Below, piece by piece: positions 63,377 through 64,000 of a stretch of 64,000 nt of DNA (the stretch's first letter is position 1; every line of letters begins with the position of its first letter). Location: NCBI GenBank assembly GCA_030704615.1, contig CM060731.1, positions 65,348,001 through 65,412,000 on the forward strand, read 5' to 3'. Origin of the DNA: Takakia lepidozioides (lineage: Eukaryota > Plantae > Bryophyta). Below the pieces are notes generated by a model, which saw only the letters and a list, made by a program, of their open reading frames with translations, made no database searches and was not told the origin of the DNA. The translations under genes were made by a program, and so were the position numbers.

Positions 63377-64000
63377 GTAACCCCCTTCTTTTGTTCACCA
63401 TTCTGTGGGTTATTGTATTGGCAGAATTGATTTGCACCAAATTAGAGGGGTCTCCGCACTGTTCATTTCCAAGAAGTTCTATTGTGGGATGGTAGGGATA
63501 GCTGCAGGTGGAGCTGAATAAGGTGCTTATGCAGGTTTTGTACAAGGGTGTTCCTCTTTTCGCTGTGTGTCAGGGAATCTTGAACAATGTTGACTGGCGA
63601 GAGGAGGTATGTGAGCAGCCATCCCCCCGTCTCTTCCATCCTCTCCTTCAGGGGCTCTCTCGTTCATAGTTTCTGGCTACTCCACGTGGCACTGCATTCT
63701 GGCTGTCTTCACTTGAAAGTCAACCTGGTCTTGGTTGTCAGTGATTTAGTCATCCAGTCGTCTCCAAGTGCTGTTCAGCTACTGAAGAGGGCTTTTCAAA
63801 AGAGAATGATCTAAGCAATCGAGTGGATATCAATGCTGTAGCAAGTAGAGTTAGTGACGTTGGTAAGCATCCACCACTTTTGGTTATTTTACTGTTTTTA
63901 GCTTTAGTTCACCATGAAGCTAATCAGCTTCCTCCTTTTCTGCTATGGCATGTGGTGCAAGAGGTAAGGAGGACGAGTAAGGAGGGCCCACCTGCAACCA

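Overview
Eukaryotic, intron-rich land-plant DNA, probably a non-seed plant (inferred from the TE content). The left ~36 kb holds ordinary genes: a RIN2/gp78-like RING-CUE E3 ligase, a CC-type glutaredoxin, a Nudix hydrolase, a class-3 lipase and tRNA-Phe, plus SYD and SOQ1 pseudogene fragments and two small TIR elements. The right part (~37-59 kb) is a nest of two transposons, each carrying its own DNA methyltransferase. (1) A Mutator-like element has a GCM-like/DDE/SWIM transposase and a divergent multi-exon gene encoding a ParB-like domain plus a beta-class N6A/N4C-type methyltransferase. That gene is scrambled by a 3-kb inversion, and one intron holds seven regularly spaced 24-bp palindromes. 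(2) A 12.5-kb Ty3/gypsy element is inserted in that transposase with a 4-bp TSD. Its polyprotein is Gag-PR-DNMT3-like C5 methyltransferase-RT-RH-integrase-PHD. It has a self-priming PBS, a retro-captured S-adenosylmethionine-carrier fragment and a circularly permuted repeat layout, A-internal-B-gc-A-B. This layout looks like a 2-LTR circle integrated through a palindrome inside the LTR. The window ends with an interrupted bacterial-type tauD pseudogene and ETFQO exons. All calls come from reading the sequence; no searches were run.
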